Source of the DNA: Lama glama | Lineage: Eukaryota | Direction of reading: 5' to 3' | Length of the DNA stretch: 64,000 nucleotides | NCBI GenBank assembly: GCA_028534125.1 | Contig: CM052816.1 | Span: 54,376,001-54,440,000, forward strand | In this document: in pieces, positions 1 to 13,719 of the stretch | Position numbering within the stretch: the first letter of the stretch is position 1 | How the letters are laid out: each line of letters opens with the position of its first letter | Notes under the pieces: model-generated | Database searches by the model: none | Seen by the model: only the letters and a program-made list of their open reading frames with translations | What the model was told of the DNA's origin: nothing | Made by a program: the position numbers and the translations under genes

Positions 1-640
1 GCCTCTCGTCCCCACTATCCCAGGGGGAAGCTGGGAAGGGCTAAAGACAAAGGGGAAACCTCGAACACACAAAGGAAATATTTTCTATTTACAAAGCAAG
101 CTTAAACGTGTAAGGTACAGGCTGAGCTTCTGGATGGGTGGAGATTGTGGGTCAGCCTGTAACTGAGCTGAGCGGTGTCAGCTGATGCTTCATAAAGTGC
201 AAAAAAGGATCTGTGATAAAATACGTTTTGAAAAGAATGAGATAAACTGTTAAGTTTCTTTCTTTAAGATGGAAACTTTAAAAGTAGACTTCTGTTGTCT
301 GTGTCTAACTATAAAAGTAATAACATTAATTTTAAGGTGTACAAAACACAGAAAAATACAAAGAAAAAACCCTCAGAATCACTGATAATGTCATAAGCTG
401 GAGATAATTAATTTTGGTTTATTCCCCTTAGGCTTTTATTTTGTCTCTTTCTTTAGGTCTAAGAACTTCCATTGCAGTGAGGATCAGTCTTCTGTAGGTG
501 ATGGTTTTTCAACACTGCAACACTTTGCATAACTGGCACTCATTGTCTTACAGACTATTTTATTCCATTGCCTTATCTTTTGGGAATTTTCCAGACTAGT
601 TAACCCATAAATCCAAAATAAATTGAATGAACCAAAAAAG

Positions 641-925
641 CAATGGTCTTCAAACTTCAACATGCTAAGAACCACCTGGCATTTGGTTACAAATGCAGAT
701 TCCTGGGCCCTGCTGCCAGGAACGTAGGCAGGGGTCTTCAGTACAGGACTCCCCCATACGTTTGGATGCGATGTGGCCAATGTGCACTGCACATTCTCGG
801 GGGAGGGAGGAGGAGCAACAGAGTCTTCCCTGATTTCCCAGACTTGACCACAGAAGCCTTCTGCCACGGACACCTGTTAAGGGCTCTGGGACACTAGTGT
901 TCCATGGAACAGTTTGGGAAATGTG
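641..925. mobile_element. MER5-like hAT-Charlie remnant
   Basis: caatggtcttcaaactt...acaaatgcagattcctgggccc...tgttccatggaacagtttgggaaatg. Confidence 0.6.
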
Positions 926-2850
926 ACTCTGGTGGGCCTGGTACAGATCTGGGAGTTAAACACCAAGCATGTGCATCTTGACTTGGTAAGAGAATGAACT
1001 ATGCAAGTGAGTCATTTTGAGCCTGTCTGCTCTGCAAAAATGGAGAGAGTATCAAACCTCTCACCTGTAGATGAAGATCAAGTAAAGCACCTAGAATGGA
1101 GCCAGACAAATAACAAACCTCAGTTCTCCACTCCCTCCTCCGAGGGAAGCCTCTCCAGGGAGGAACTATTTTCAATGCTCAAATCCCTGACATGCTTAGC
1201 GCACTGCGTTGCTCACAGTAAGTGCTCCGTAAATACTTGCTGAATGAACTCCAAGCATCATTCCAGGTAGAAAAAGGGGCCCACAAAGAATGACTCCAAA
1301 CAGCTACAATTGCCCTTTGCTAAGATGCTCTTCCTAAAAGGCTCAGGGTGGACTGAGCACCACACAGCCAGCCACTCATGCATAGCTACAGAGGCTTCAA
1401 GGGGAGCTGCTGTGGAATATGTGATGGTACAACGTGTTCCTGGATCCCCACTCAGGGACCCAGAGACTGAAGCGCTGGCCAATTAGCTAGTAAGGCAGAG
1501 CTGAGTTTCAGCAGATGATTTAATACAATCAAAACAACTCAGAGATGGGAAACGACTTTACGGAAGGCAAGGAGAATAGCTGGCATATTTGGAAGGGTTC
1601 TTGGGCAGAAAGTTGCCAGAGACAAAATTTTGCCCAAAAAAGGAGACCAGCCACCTGGAGAGCAGCCTCAGCTGACTCTGTGCCCCAGTAACTCAGGACC
1701 GGAAGGAAGCCTGGTAGGTTCAGTGTGCTTCTCTCCGCAAGAGCCCCAACTCCTTGGGGGCACCCTGACCTAGCTGGCAAAAGGCCTCGATCAGACCCAG
1801 CACAAAAAAACACCCAGTGGTCCCTGACAGGTACTGTTTTTCATGCTTCCACAAAGGGCCTGATTCACGGTGGATGACTGCAGGAAGCAGCACCCTATCT
1901 GGACAGACGGAAATGAAACCTTCTAGAGCAGCAAAGAAAGGTTACAAAATGAATTTAAAGGAGATAAGGGACCTTCCGTAATAAATTTACTTAACATCGT
2001 TTGCACTCCAAGGGCGCACGTGTTTCTCCGAAGGTTTTCTGTGAGTAGACCTGCAATCTCAGCCCCTCAGATTAGATGCTACCACTCCAAACACCACCAG
2101 CCTCCTCAGGGTTGGCCGGAGGTAGGATCACTCAACTAAATGTTGAATTCCAAAAGGATACTGGACAGCACCTGCAGCGATGGGGGCTCACTGCAAGAAC
2201 CTACAGAGAGTCACGCCTTCTCCAAGGTAATGGGAAACCCTCCATGCTTACACTGCAAGAGGTCCTGCCTCAGATGTGGAGGACAGTGCTGGGCTGGGAT
2301 GCGTGGGTGCTCAACGTTACACAGAAGATCTATGAAAACTGAATAATCAAGTCATTTCTCAGAAAATGAATAAGTAAAGAGGTCCCAGCCACAAGGCTTC
2401 TGGGACGATTTTTCTTTTGCAACTGTCCATTCCAAGACTCAGAAGCACTGCATTATGCATTCTCATAAGCACACAAGAACGGCATCCAGAACCAAACGCC
2501 AGCCTCTGAGAGATGTGATGGGACAAGAGGAAAGTGTTAGGGAAGTGAGCGACATTGCTGACTGGAAACTTTCATTTCTATCACCGCGGACCATAGTGCT
2601 ACCTGGAATGTTTTATAGAGCACCACTTCCACACTACAGCACACAAAAAAGCTGCATGATATAGGCAATTTCCATTTCTCTGTGGTCAACAACAAAGGGG
2701 ATTTTTTTTTGAACCCAGTAGCAAAGCACCATTGCTTAAAGCACCCAAAGGAGTTTGTATAATTCTCAAGGCACTGGCAGTCTGCTATTTTTGAAGGAAA
2801 AGGAGGCAATCACATCATCTATTTGAGACTTGGATTATTCTTATCAAAAG

Positions 2851-3530
2851 ACCTTAAGATACCAGGCAAACCTAGTTATTTAGTTTGTTGGTAAGTCTCA
2901 GAGTAACCAATCTTAATCTTCTAGTTAAGTATCAGTGTTATTCATGTAGCTGTCAACGAATTTTTCTCTGCTAATGTTTTTGGTTTAAACCAGGAGTTCA
3001 CAAGATACTACAAGTTACTTGCTTGAGTTTAAATTATTAGCAAAAGTTGCATAAGTTAACAGTGGATCTCCACTCTCTTTTTCCCCTCAAAGGATAATCT
3101 TTTTTTTTTTTAAAGTAGGAGACATTTTTTAAAATTAAAAAAAAAATACAAGCATATAAAGTGAGGTCCTCCATGATTTCTCTGTAAGGATTTGTTTTCT
3201 TTTAATGTTATGAAATATATTTCCTTAAACAACATGCTTTGATTATCTTTTTCCAACCACCTTTCTCTCTCTCAAACTGACTCCATCATGTTCTTTTCGA
3301 TTTCATGCACAAAGCCTCGCCTCCAACCAAACCTTCAGACTGTCCATGAGATATTGGGTAGGCCTACTTATTTAGTGTAAGTTTCCTTGGAGTAATCAGT
3401 CTTCAAGTTGAATTTCAGGGCTAGTCATGTAGTTGTCACTGAGAATTTTTCTCTGGACATTTATGGTCTCAATGAGGAGCTCATGGGATGCTGCTGCTGT
3501 CATGGGCCTATCCCAGGTTATAAGCTCTGG
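2851..3530 (+). repeat. Ancient diverged direct duplication (~190-bp units at ~2851-3040 and ~3345-3530)
   Basis: Collinear blocks cctagttatttag/cctacttatttag, tcatgtagctgtca/tcatgtagttgtca and identical gaatttttctctg, at offsets of ~483-492. Confidence 0.75.
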
Positions 3531-3889
3531 CTGAGCCTAATGAACACGGAGCCCTGGGTACTGATTTGGTGGACTAACTATATATAAACCACACGCACAC
3601 ACACACTAACTGAATGGACCGATTTAAATGAGATTACTTTGGGACTACAGAATTTTGACCTGATACAATAGATTTTTATGCCATTACATATCTGTAGCTA
3701 AGATATATAAAGTTATTAGAGAAAAGGAAAAACCTTGACTAGAGGGGAGCCGTTACCATCCCAGGAGAACAGCTACTTCCTTTCCCTCACAGTCCTGGAG
3801 CCTCACGCTTGGAACAGTTACGCACGGCTGCTTGGTTAAGGTTAGGTGTCTGTACTTGGGCGGGGGGCACTAGTTCATCTTCTACGTAC

Positions 3890-3947
3890 CCTGTTGAAGC
3901 CTGCGTGCAGAAGAGGGAGGACTGAGGCCTCTTCACAGTCGCCTGAT
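3890..3947 (-). CDS. PDE8B: PDE8B coding exon (exon 5 equivalent), 58 bp, (A)SGDCEEASVLPLLHAGFNR
   Basis: tttcctgcag|A TCA GGC GAC TGT GAA GAG GCC TCA GTC CTC CCT CTT CTG CAC GCA GGC TTC AAC AGG|gtacgt; phase 2/0, matches the PDE8B EEASVLPLLHAGFNR motif. Confidence 0.97.
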
Positions 3948-6272
3948 CTGCAGGAAAGCAGAAAATGGGGTCACTTAGCAGATACAAACCAGGACCCTCA
4001 TGCTGAAACACGGACAGAGTGATGAGGCGAGCAGGGCGTCGGCTCTGAGAGTGACTTCCTGACCACACGTGCCCATGGAGCGTGGCACCCTTCAGTGACC
4101 GAGACTCCCACACCCGCCTTCAGATGCAAATAAAACACCAACAGTAGAGGGAACTTGAGCAGTGTGCGTGAGGGAAAGCACCACCACATACACCTGAGAG
4201 CCCTCCCCAACTCTGGGCTCCGGGGCAGCTACAGCGAAAGTCTCACAAAGGGGCAGGAGGCGCAGTGCTCATCCCAGAGACCACCGTCCTCCCTGATGTC
4301 CCCAAACCTTCCGGAAGCACAACTCCCACTCCAAGACCTAGCTGGGTCCATCTCTCAGTATGAGGAAGGCAAGTGGCCACCACAGGCCGCAGCGCCCCAG
4401 GGCCAATGGGGAAGAAGTGGCATCAGGAAAGCCAAGTTAGAGGGGAGAAGAGGAAGCAAGAACTGATTATTGTCACTCATGTCATGGGGAGGTTTCCTAC
4501 GTGGAGCCTACAGTTTGGTCTCAGGAGTTCAGTTTGAGTAGAGGGTGGGGGTCGGCTTTTCCTGAAGTCACGCTGTAGCCACGGTTCCACCTTTATGAGA
4601 AACGGTGTCCCCGAGTCAGCCAGCAAGTAACATGGAGAGGGGACCTTAGAAAATAGGGAAGAAAAATGGGATAGTGAAGGTTGGGTGGAGAAGCAGGCAG
4701 ACAACAGGAAGAGAAACCCCAGTGCTTATCTGTGGCATTACTTGTAGCCCATTCCTGCCCGACAGGGAGGAGCCAGCTCCCCTACCCTCTTTCCTCCTCA
4801 GGAACTCATGATTCCACCTTCTCTGAATAAGAAATCAGGAGAGGCACAAAAAGGGCTGCAAAGGTATTAATGTTCTGTGTCATCAGCTGTGTGGCACAAG
4901 CTCAGCATTCATTTTATTATCAACTCCCTCATATATGAGATATTTTAAAAATAGGAAAAAAAGTGAAAAATAGTAACAAGACATAGTAAAGCATTACTTG
5001 TCAAGGACACGTACACATACACATTTTTGCTGCATGAGTTGGAAAACAGGAAAGTTCTATTCCTGGGCCCATGGAAGCAGCCAGGCTTGCGGAAATACTG
5101 TGTGGCCTGGCACCCACTGGTATCCATGTCAAGTCTCCTGGACCCTATGAAGATCTCATAGTCCCCAGAAGATAAATCCAAGCTGAAGCAGGCTAGTCCC
5201 CCATCTCGGTTCCCCTCATTCTTTCCCCTTGAGATCCCGTCTCCTATCAGGAGGGTGAGGTGGTAAGGAAGCACTGGGGCAGTTTCCTCACTTTCCTTGG
5301 CCCACAGCCCGTGGCAGGTATCAAAATGAAGAGACTCAGCTCCTAACAAGAGACTGAAGGAACAGCAGGGGAGGAGAAGTCCTTGGTTAGGGCAAGACTT
5401 TGAAGCCAGGATTTCCCACTGTCCCAGCACGGCTTTGGAGTGAATGTTTCAAATTTCTCCTGGGCTGGGCCTGCTTGAGGGAGACAGTCTCTGAGAGGCT
5501 GGCCTGTCAGCTCCTTCACTGCGGAATCTGGGCCCATCACCACAAGGGGCCAGGTCCAGTCGGCACTAGGCCCTAATTAAGGTCTTATTCTCTCTGAAGC
5601 TAATGATGGCCATTAAGTGACTAGAACATATTTGGATACTTGCAAAGACTCCAACCACTGTAGCTGTCCAATCAATTTTTTCCTTCCAGGTCTTATTCTA
5701 AGTGCTGGCCATTTCAGACAACAAACACAGCAAGCAGCTCCTCATTCCAGTCTCGTACCTACAGCTAAATCCCTCTTTCTTCATTCCAACACTGGCCTGC
5801 ATCCAGCTGCCCTGCCTCTAACCACGTAACAGTCCCAACGTAAACTGCACAATCCTTTTCTTGCAGTGGCCTTGGCGCCTCTGCTCTCGTGCTACAATTT
5901 GCTTCTTCTTAAGGGAAAAAAACAAGCATTCTCCCATCTCTTTTCTTCAAAAGAAAAACATAAGTAAGCTGGAGCCGTGTTCTCTCCTGATCTCCTCCTC
6001 CCCAGATTTTCTGCTCATTTCTAGCATATGATGAGTGATCATTTTTTTCCTGAGGTGTATGAGTATGAGCTAACAGTGATTAGGTATGATAGAGAGAAAA
6101 ATGTAAATGTTTCTAGAAACTTGCAAAACAAAGAAACCCCCCAAAGTAAGATCTAAAGTTGCTGAAGCCAAAGACAGCGCCCTTGCCCTGCTAGCTCAAA
6201 GACTGGATTACACCAGACAAATGTTTCAAAATGAACAGTACTGCTTCCAGCTGGGGCGGAAGGGGAGCTTAC

Positions 6273-6332
6273 GCTTGTGAAACCACTGCGAGGATCACCG
6301 TGTGCTCGGAGGGATTTGTGGCCCGGATCGAC
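6273..6332 (-). CDS. PDE8B: PDE8B coding exon (exon 4 equivalent), 60 bp, (R)SIRATNPSEHTVILAVVSQ(A)
   Basis: cattgcag|G TCG ATC CGG GCC ACA AAT CCC TCC GAG CAC ACG GTG ATC CTC GCA GTG GTT TCA CAA GC|gtaagc; phase 2/2 continues the frame from the previous exon. Confidence 0.97.
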
Positions 6333-9300
6333 CTGCAATGACAAAGCGCCAAGTCAAACCAGGTGACCAGGCCTTGTTATGTTAACTAAATACAGAACTT
6401 CCTCCTAGTGACAGTGGCACAAAATCCAATGCCCCTCTACAGGAAAAGTCTGAAAACACATGGAATACAACAAAGAAAGATGCCCATGTGGATTAGGACA
6501 ATCTCTTTGTGTTTTACTGAAAAAAAAAATTTTTTTTTTAAACTCCCAGGCAATTCTCCAATAGGTCAGAGCTGCCAATTTTCCACTTCAAAAACTGGCA
6601 AATTCCACTTAAATTCCATGTTTTCTGATTGAAATTCCACTCTGCAAGAAAATTGGCAGTCCTACAAGTCTCTGGTTATCAGTTTGTACTTGGGGACCTA
6701 ATTGGGTTGGATCCTTTTTCCTTTTAAAATAGTACATAGTTGAGAAAGTTGACCTTTTAATAAGGATTGCTAGCAGCTGGATATACAAGGGCAGGTTAAA
6801 GTGTTAAGAACCATATAAAGAGCCACCCACATTTTTTGGCTGTACTGTTACTTGTGCTTCAATGCTTTAAACAACTAGGTCACCAACTCGGGCAGAGAAA
6901 TGTTGTGACATATAACTGTCACTATAATGACACCTGTTGTACTGTGTCCACCTGTCTACAATTTGTTTATTCGCTAGGAATTTAACAGGATTAAAATACC
7001 CAAGGATATAGATTTCTGAGGTCCATGAGTCTTCTTAGAAAATGCGCTATTCTGCAACTCAGATTCTGGATTATTCTGGACAGGGGTCATGATCTGGATG
7101 AACTTTTAGTAACGGGCCACATACCTGAATCTTAGAACAAACAAGCATGCCTGTTTTGATCTGTCTCCTTGGGCTAGCCTCTCCTTCTTTCAAGATCCCC
7201 CAGAAGGGAACCATCACCTTCCAAAACAGAAGGCTCAAGGCTGCTCCTGAGTAATTTGTGAAACAACCTGTATTTGCGTTTCTTTCTAGCTACTAGCATT
7301 CCTGCTCCTCTCCCCTTCAATGTGTTTGCACCACTGCTCCCTGAGGACAGCCAGCTCACAGTGCTTCACCTCTCTGACTCCAAATTTTCCCCACCTTTCT
7401 CCAAAAACATACCTTTTCCATGTCCTATTCCTTGAGACCTCACTCTATGTGAATAGAAGGTTCAAGAAAATGACAAGCTGTCATCTTCCTGCAAAGTGAA
7501 GTTTCCTTTTTTGCATACATGGTGTTTGAATAAGCTCCTTTGGAGAGAATGCCTTAACTCACTATAGGGCAGCAGGAGTTAGGTCAGGCCCCTCCAATGC
7601 CAGCACAGACTACTTGCCAGTTAGCCATCCCACAGAACAGGTCCCTGAACAGTAACATGAAGCTACACTTATTTCCTACCTGGGAGCTACCGAATTCTCA
7701 GCAGAAATACCAGTAGCACCAAATGAGAAAAATGCACAGCATTTCAGAGGTGCGCTCTCACCTGCAGGGAACACTCAGCTCTTCCCACCTTCTTCCAGCC
7801 TCTTCTGCCCCAACAAGATGTCCTGGGTACACTGCTAGGCTGCATCCTGAGGGGTGGGACTTAGGCAAGAGGCCCAGACACATTATGAATGTAACTGGGC
7901 AGGAGCTCATACTCGCTCAGCTTCTTTTGAGAATGGCTTATGTGTTTTGGGTCCCTTCCTGCTATTCACCTCTCCTCTCTCATTCCTCCAAAGAGCTGGT
8001 GTGGCCAGAGGGACCAGGACCCCTTCCTGGTTGAGAGGATTAAGGGGGACTGGGGACAGGCAAGCCAGAAGTCCAAGGAAGCATGCTAAGCTAAGGTCTA
8101 GTCTAGCTCCAAAGCCAGGGATCTCGGGCCAGAGACAATAAAGAATGCATATCTGCTGGGGATGGGTCCCCACTCATCTTAGGGAACACATGTGGGCAGG
8201 CCAGCACCAGCAATCCTCAACATGATGGGTAACGGTTGGTAAATAAACCAGCAAACACGTAATCCAGCTTCTGAACTGCACAGATGCCTCATTGTTTTCC
8301 TGTGCAGCTGAGACAGAAGTTCCTTTATCATGAAACAAAACTACATTTCTTTATATTCAAGGTAGACTACAAAGCTTATCTACTAAAATTGGACCTTTGC
8401 CTGAATTAAAAGAATTCTTTCTATCAACTTCTTTTTACATCTGAGGCCTATCTTAAATCATTCTATACATGCACAAAGAATTGTGGTATTTCTGCCAGAA
8501 AATCAATAAGAAGTGGAGACAAAGAAAAAGCAGACATACTTAATTATAGGGGACCCAATTCTAGCCTGAAAATCATTTTATATATATATTTCTTACTACT
8601 AAAAATATAATCCAAATATTTTAAGATACATATTATTTATTAATATATATAATAATTAATTAGGCAAATGTTTCTATGCAGGAAGGCAAGATTATTTGAG
8701 ACTAGTAAGACATTTTTAAGATAGGTTCCTTAAGAAAATTTCTTCTTTGGGGAACTGAAAATGGTCGAAGACTAGTAGGGCAATGTCTTTAACAAGAAAC
8801 TTCTTTTAGTCCACTCATTTCTTTCCAGGGTACCAGAGGTTCAAAGAAGCCAGTTCCTTACCTTTCATTTCACTTATTAATATTCAAGACAATTCCAGCT
8901 CCATACATAATTGGACACTGCCCTGCTCTAGCATTTAATTAGTGACCTCTTCCCGTCCAGCTTCAAAGCATTCCACTTTTGCTAAACGGATCAGTTCATC
9001 CAGAGCTCACTCTGATGACTGCATTTCTGTAGGAACAGGCAAGCATTTCCTCCCCAGAGTGCAAGCATTTCGGTAAACAAGCAGAGGGTGGAGGTGGGGG
9101 TTGGATCCCTGGAAGATTTTCTGCTGGTGCAAAGTGGCTGCCTTCCCTCCACAACTGCTGCAGAATCCACCCGTCTGTGTCAGGCATGGAAAAATGTCTA
9201 TTTCACACATTTCTGATGTTCATTTTGGGACAGAATAATTAAGATTAAAATATCTGGTTTAAATCCAAACCATATCTGTGTAATAAGAACTGTGTGAATT

Positions 9301-9543
9301 TCAAAGTTATTTTTGTGTGAAATATGAGCAATACTCAAGGGGAAAAAATACCCTGAAGTTTTCAGTGGAGCCCAGCTCGCACCTCTAAATTCATCGGAAC
9401 TCAAATGTGGAAACATGAAAAAGGCCGTATGAGGAGCTACAGTTTTCCTCACAGAAATCCATGTCTATTGCTTAGAAACATCAATACATATTTTTAAATA
9501 TTTGAGATGGAACAAAAGACGTCTCTAAATGAATTTCATTTTA

Positions 9544-9819
<276 letters not shown>

Positions 9820-10489
9820 TTAAGAGACCATTAAAAACAGGCCAACAAGATACTGATTTAAAGTGCAGCCTCTGGAGAGAAGCTCCCTGCATTCAAATCC
9901 CAGCTGGTCCACTGATTCAAGAACTGTCTTTGAAAAGATAGTTCATCTCTTCAGCCTACAGCTTCTCGACCATCACACGTGATAAGAACTGTGCCACAGA
10001 AGCGACCTATGAGGCCTGAGTGAGCACAGAATAGGTGCTCCATCACTCTGCTGCTGGCTGTTATCCATCTGTAATTTCCTTTTGGCTTTGTTTTTAAATA
10101 GACTGAGCAGTGAAATGATAACAGGCTGATCAACACAGGTTCGACTGCGGTGCACATATTCACTTATTTGGTTCCAGAGGAGCTGGCGTTGGCCTCGAAG
10201 TACCTGGAGGCCACTTCTCTGAAATAGCACTTAAATCTCTACCCAGCCACAGAAAGGATGGGAACGCAAAACAACCTCAGAGACTAATTGTAACACTAAA
10301 CACTTCCCCGATCTGGAAAGTGATGATGAAATGTGAAGCGACTGGAGCTAAGGTGAGGAAACTTGCCTCTTTTTCGCTTCACTGAAAAGTGTAGCCCTGC
10401 TCCCTTGAAAGAAGGTAGCCATACTTCCCACCACGGTGTCCTCATCAATCCCTGGCGGCCAGAAAGCCAGAGACAGCCACACCCCCACT

Positions 10490-10640
10490 TCAACTTGTTC
10501 ATTTATGTGTTTATGGTCCATCTTCCCCACTAGAACTGAGCTCCAGGACAGCGGGGACCTGTCTGTCTTGCTCCTGCTGTGACCCTGTGCCCAGCCCCGG
10601 GCAGCACTTAACTGCCTGCTCAGTAAGTATTCAGCGAGTC
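10490..10640 (+). mobile_element. L2 3' end remnant
   Basis: cttccccactagaactgagctccaggacagcggggacctgtctgtcttgctc...ctcagtaagtattcagcgagt. Confidence 0.65.
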
Positions 10641-11834
10641 AAAGGTAACTACGCGTAGGCTTTCTGCAAAATGCAAAGGGCTTTACTGTCAATTGGAGTG
10701 AGACTACCTCACAGCAGTACGTCCAGTAAGAATAACATACAATAATCTCAAGATATTGATAAGGTGTTTAATATTCTTCTCCATCCACTTCTGGTTTAAA
10801 CAATTAGGAACACAAATGTGGTTTCTGTTCCTCTAGGCCCGTAGCTAATATCACTCTTCATGAAATTTGGAATGTTTCATTTAAAACCAGAGACAAGACA
10901 AACTGTCCAATCATTACCACTACATTTAAAAAATGCTTTACTAATTGAAAATTGACTATATATAGAAAAACAGAAACAAGAGTATAATGAACCTCATGTA
11001 CCCATCACCCAGCTTCAGCAATAACCAACTCCTAGCCAGTCTGATTTCAGTTCTTCCCTACCCACTTTCCCAACTCGTACTAGCTCGCAGCCAATCCCAC
11101 ATATCATTTCATTTATATGCATCTGTTAGATTCTTTCCTAAAACAAAAAACAAAACAGAAAAACCACAATACAATTTCATACGTAAACGTCTCCAAAAAT
11201 TCCTTATCATTTCACATCTGAATGTATCATAAATGTCATTTGTTTTACACTGTTTGAATCATTTCCTGTTTTCTCAAATGTCATGTTTCCAGAAGAGAAA
11301 TAATATTTTCCAGCATGATTTTGACATTTTCTTCTTAACACATGTCTTGAAATCATGTACCAGTAACACATGAGGCAGCCATGCTTATTAAGGGCTCACT
11401 CTGGGCAGAGGCCACTCCTCAGTCCAGACTGGCCCCAGAAACCTCAGCCACAGAGCTATTTCCAGGAAGAAATGGGAGGTGGCTCTTTCAAGAGAAGTGG
11501 AGGGCTCAGGGGGAGCTCTTGATAGTGAAAAGAAAGCCTTCAAATGAACTGTTAACAATAGAGCCACAATGAAAAAATTAGGCAGAATGAACTGGTTTGT
11601 ATGAAAAGTCACTAGCCCTTTACTTGATGTGGCTGTGGTTTTGCATGAGAAGCTCAATATGCAGAGCCTAAAAGTCAGAAAAGGGGACAGAACTTCTTGT
11701 CTCATCTGCCTGGCTGAATTATGGCCTGCCGAACAAGAATCACAATACTCTGTATTTCCTGTATGCCTCAGTATTTGACTAACACAATAAGAACCTAACT
11801 GTATTCCTATATTAGACATTGCTACGGATATTAA

Positions 11835-12334
11835 NNNNNNNNNNNNNNNNNNNNNNNNNNNNNNNNNNNNNNNNNNNNNNNNNNNNNNNNNNNNNNNNNN
11901 NNNNNNNNNNNNNNNNNNNNNNNNNNNNNNNNNNNNNNNNNNNNNNNNNNNNNNNNNNNNNNNNNNNNNNNNNNNNNNNNNNNNNNNNNNNNNNNNNNNN
12001 NNNNNNNNNNNNNNNNNNNNNNNNNNNNNNNNNNNNNNNNNNNNNNNNNNNNNNNNNNNNNNNNNNNNNNNNNNNNNNNNNNNNNNNNNNNNNNNNNNNN
12101 NNNNNNNNNNNNNNNNNNNNNNNNNNNNNNNNNNNNNNNNNNNNNNNNNNNNNNNNNNNNNNNNNNNNNNNNNNNNNNNNNNNNNNNNNNNNNNNNNNNN
12201 NNNNNNNNNNNNNNNNNNNNNNNNNNNNNNNNNNNNNNNNNNNNNNNNNNNNNNNNNNNNNNNNNNNNNNNNNNNNNNNNNNNNNNNNNNNNNNNNNNNN
12301 NNNNNNNNNNNNNNNNNNNNNNNNNNNNNNNNNN
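11835..12334. other. Assembly gap (500 N)
   Basis: Run of Ns of fixed length. Confidence 0.99.
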
Positions 12335-13719
12335 AGTCTCTACTAGCCTGCTGGCCTCACCCCACCTGAACAAGAATAACATCTACATTTTAAAACAAGT
12401 ATATTTATATTACAAAAGCATTCACTAGAGAATTTCTCCGGGTAGTGCTCAAAATTCTTTCCATTTATAAAAAATTAATTCAGAAAGAATACTTTTCAAT
12501 AATTCAGCTCCTAAGCAAACTGAAAATCTATGGGAATAAAACATACATAATTTTAGAGTAAAGTACTGTAGTAATCACCTTTTTTTTTTTTTTTTGATGA
12601 CTGCCTATCTCTGGAAAACTATACCTTCTCTAGGAAAGCAGTTCACCCAAGGAACCAAAGCTATACTCTCTGTCCCTACTTCCTAGGCCACTGCTGGGCT
12701 AGGAATATTGTTTCTGGGAATCTGAAGTTTGAACAGAGAGACACAGAGGCTGAGGATTAGGACCCATGGCTCATTTATAGTAGAAATACTGAAGGAAGAA
12801 CCTTAAATTCTTCTCTAAATACTCAAGAGATACCTCAATGCCACCCTTCCTAAGCCATAGATTTCCAATTCTCCCTTGGATTCTGCAAGAAAAAAAATAC
12901 ACTATCTTTCTAATATATTTCTTACTCATTTACTATTTTGTATAAGGCAGCGTTACTGGCAACCAAAGAACATAACCCAAAGAAACTTTACGTGATAAGA
13001 GTCTCTCTTCAGATATATCATTCTATGTATCAATATTTAGTTTCTTTGTAAGACATGGCCATTTGTAAATATTTATTGACCATTCACTGAGTAAATCCCA
13101 TAAAATGATTTTGCAAAATATGTTTTAAAAAATCATTAATAAAAGCATACAACTAAATTTAATTTATAAAGAGTTAAAATAAACTCTTACTTGCTCTAAA
13201 TAATATGCGGAACATTCTTTCAAAAAATCCTTTGGATGACCCATCACACAGCTTGTTAAGAACTCAGAGTAAAAAGCTAACAGAGACAACCATGGTCCAG
13301 TCTCTGCCCCAGAACCCAAGCAGGGGAGGGATTCAGGTAAACAGATAGGTACCAAGAGACACACTAATAAGTGGTGACCAAAGACAGAGCACGGACATGG
13401 CACCTACGAAAGAAGCTAGGCACAGGAGAACGGGCAGCAGGAAGTGGTCTGGTTTATCACCCACACTGCACTGCTGTAAACACAGCAAGAGAGAAAATAG
13501 ATAAAGAGCAGCTCTGGGACAAAGCCTGGGACAATGAGGAAACGTCTTCTGGAGCAGATCTTGGCCGCCGTGGGACCTGCTCAGGATCAGAACACAAACA
13601 TAGGAAGTTCTCACTTCGCACAGTAGTGACAGACCATATAAATGACCATGCAAAGCAATCTTAATGACTGATGGCAAAATGATTATTCCATGATGTTTAG
13701 AGATTTTGTCAAAACATAA

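Noticed and set aside
898..911. Palindrome TGTTCCATGGAACA resembling an X-box
   Set aside because: Lies in the terminal part of a MER5-like transposon remnant.
1..3889. PDE8B exon 6 (RFMENSSIIACYNEL...)
   Set aside because: Not found on the minus strand by eye; presumably lies beyond the window start.
11819..12382. Long ORFs spanning N runs (also 35423-36197)
   Set aside because: Artefacts of translating assembly gaps.
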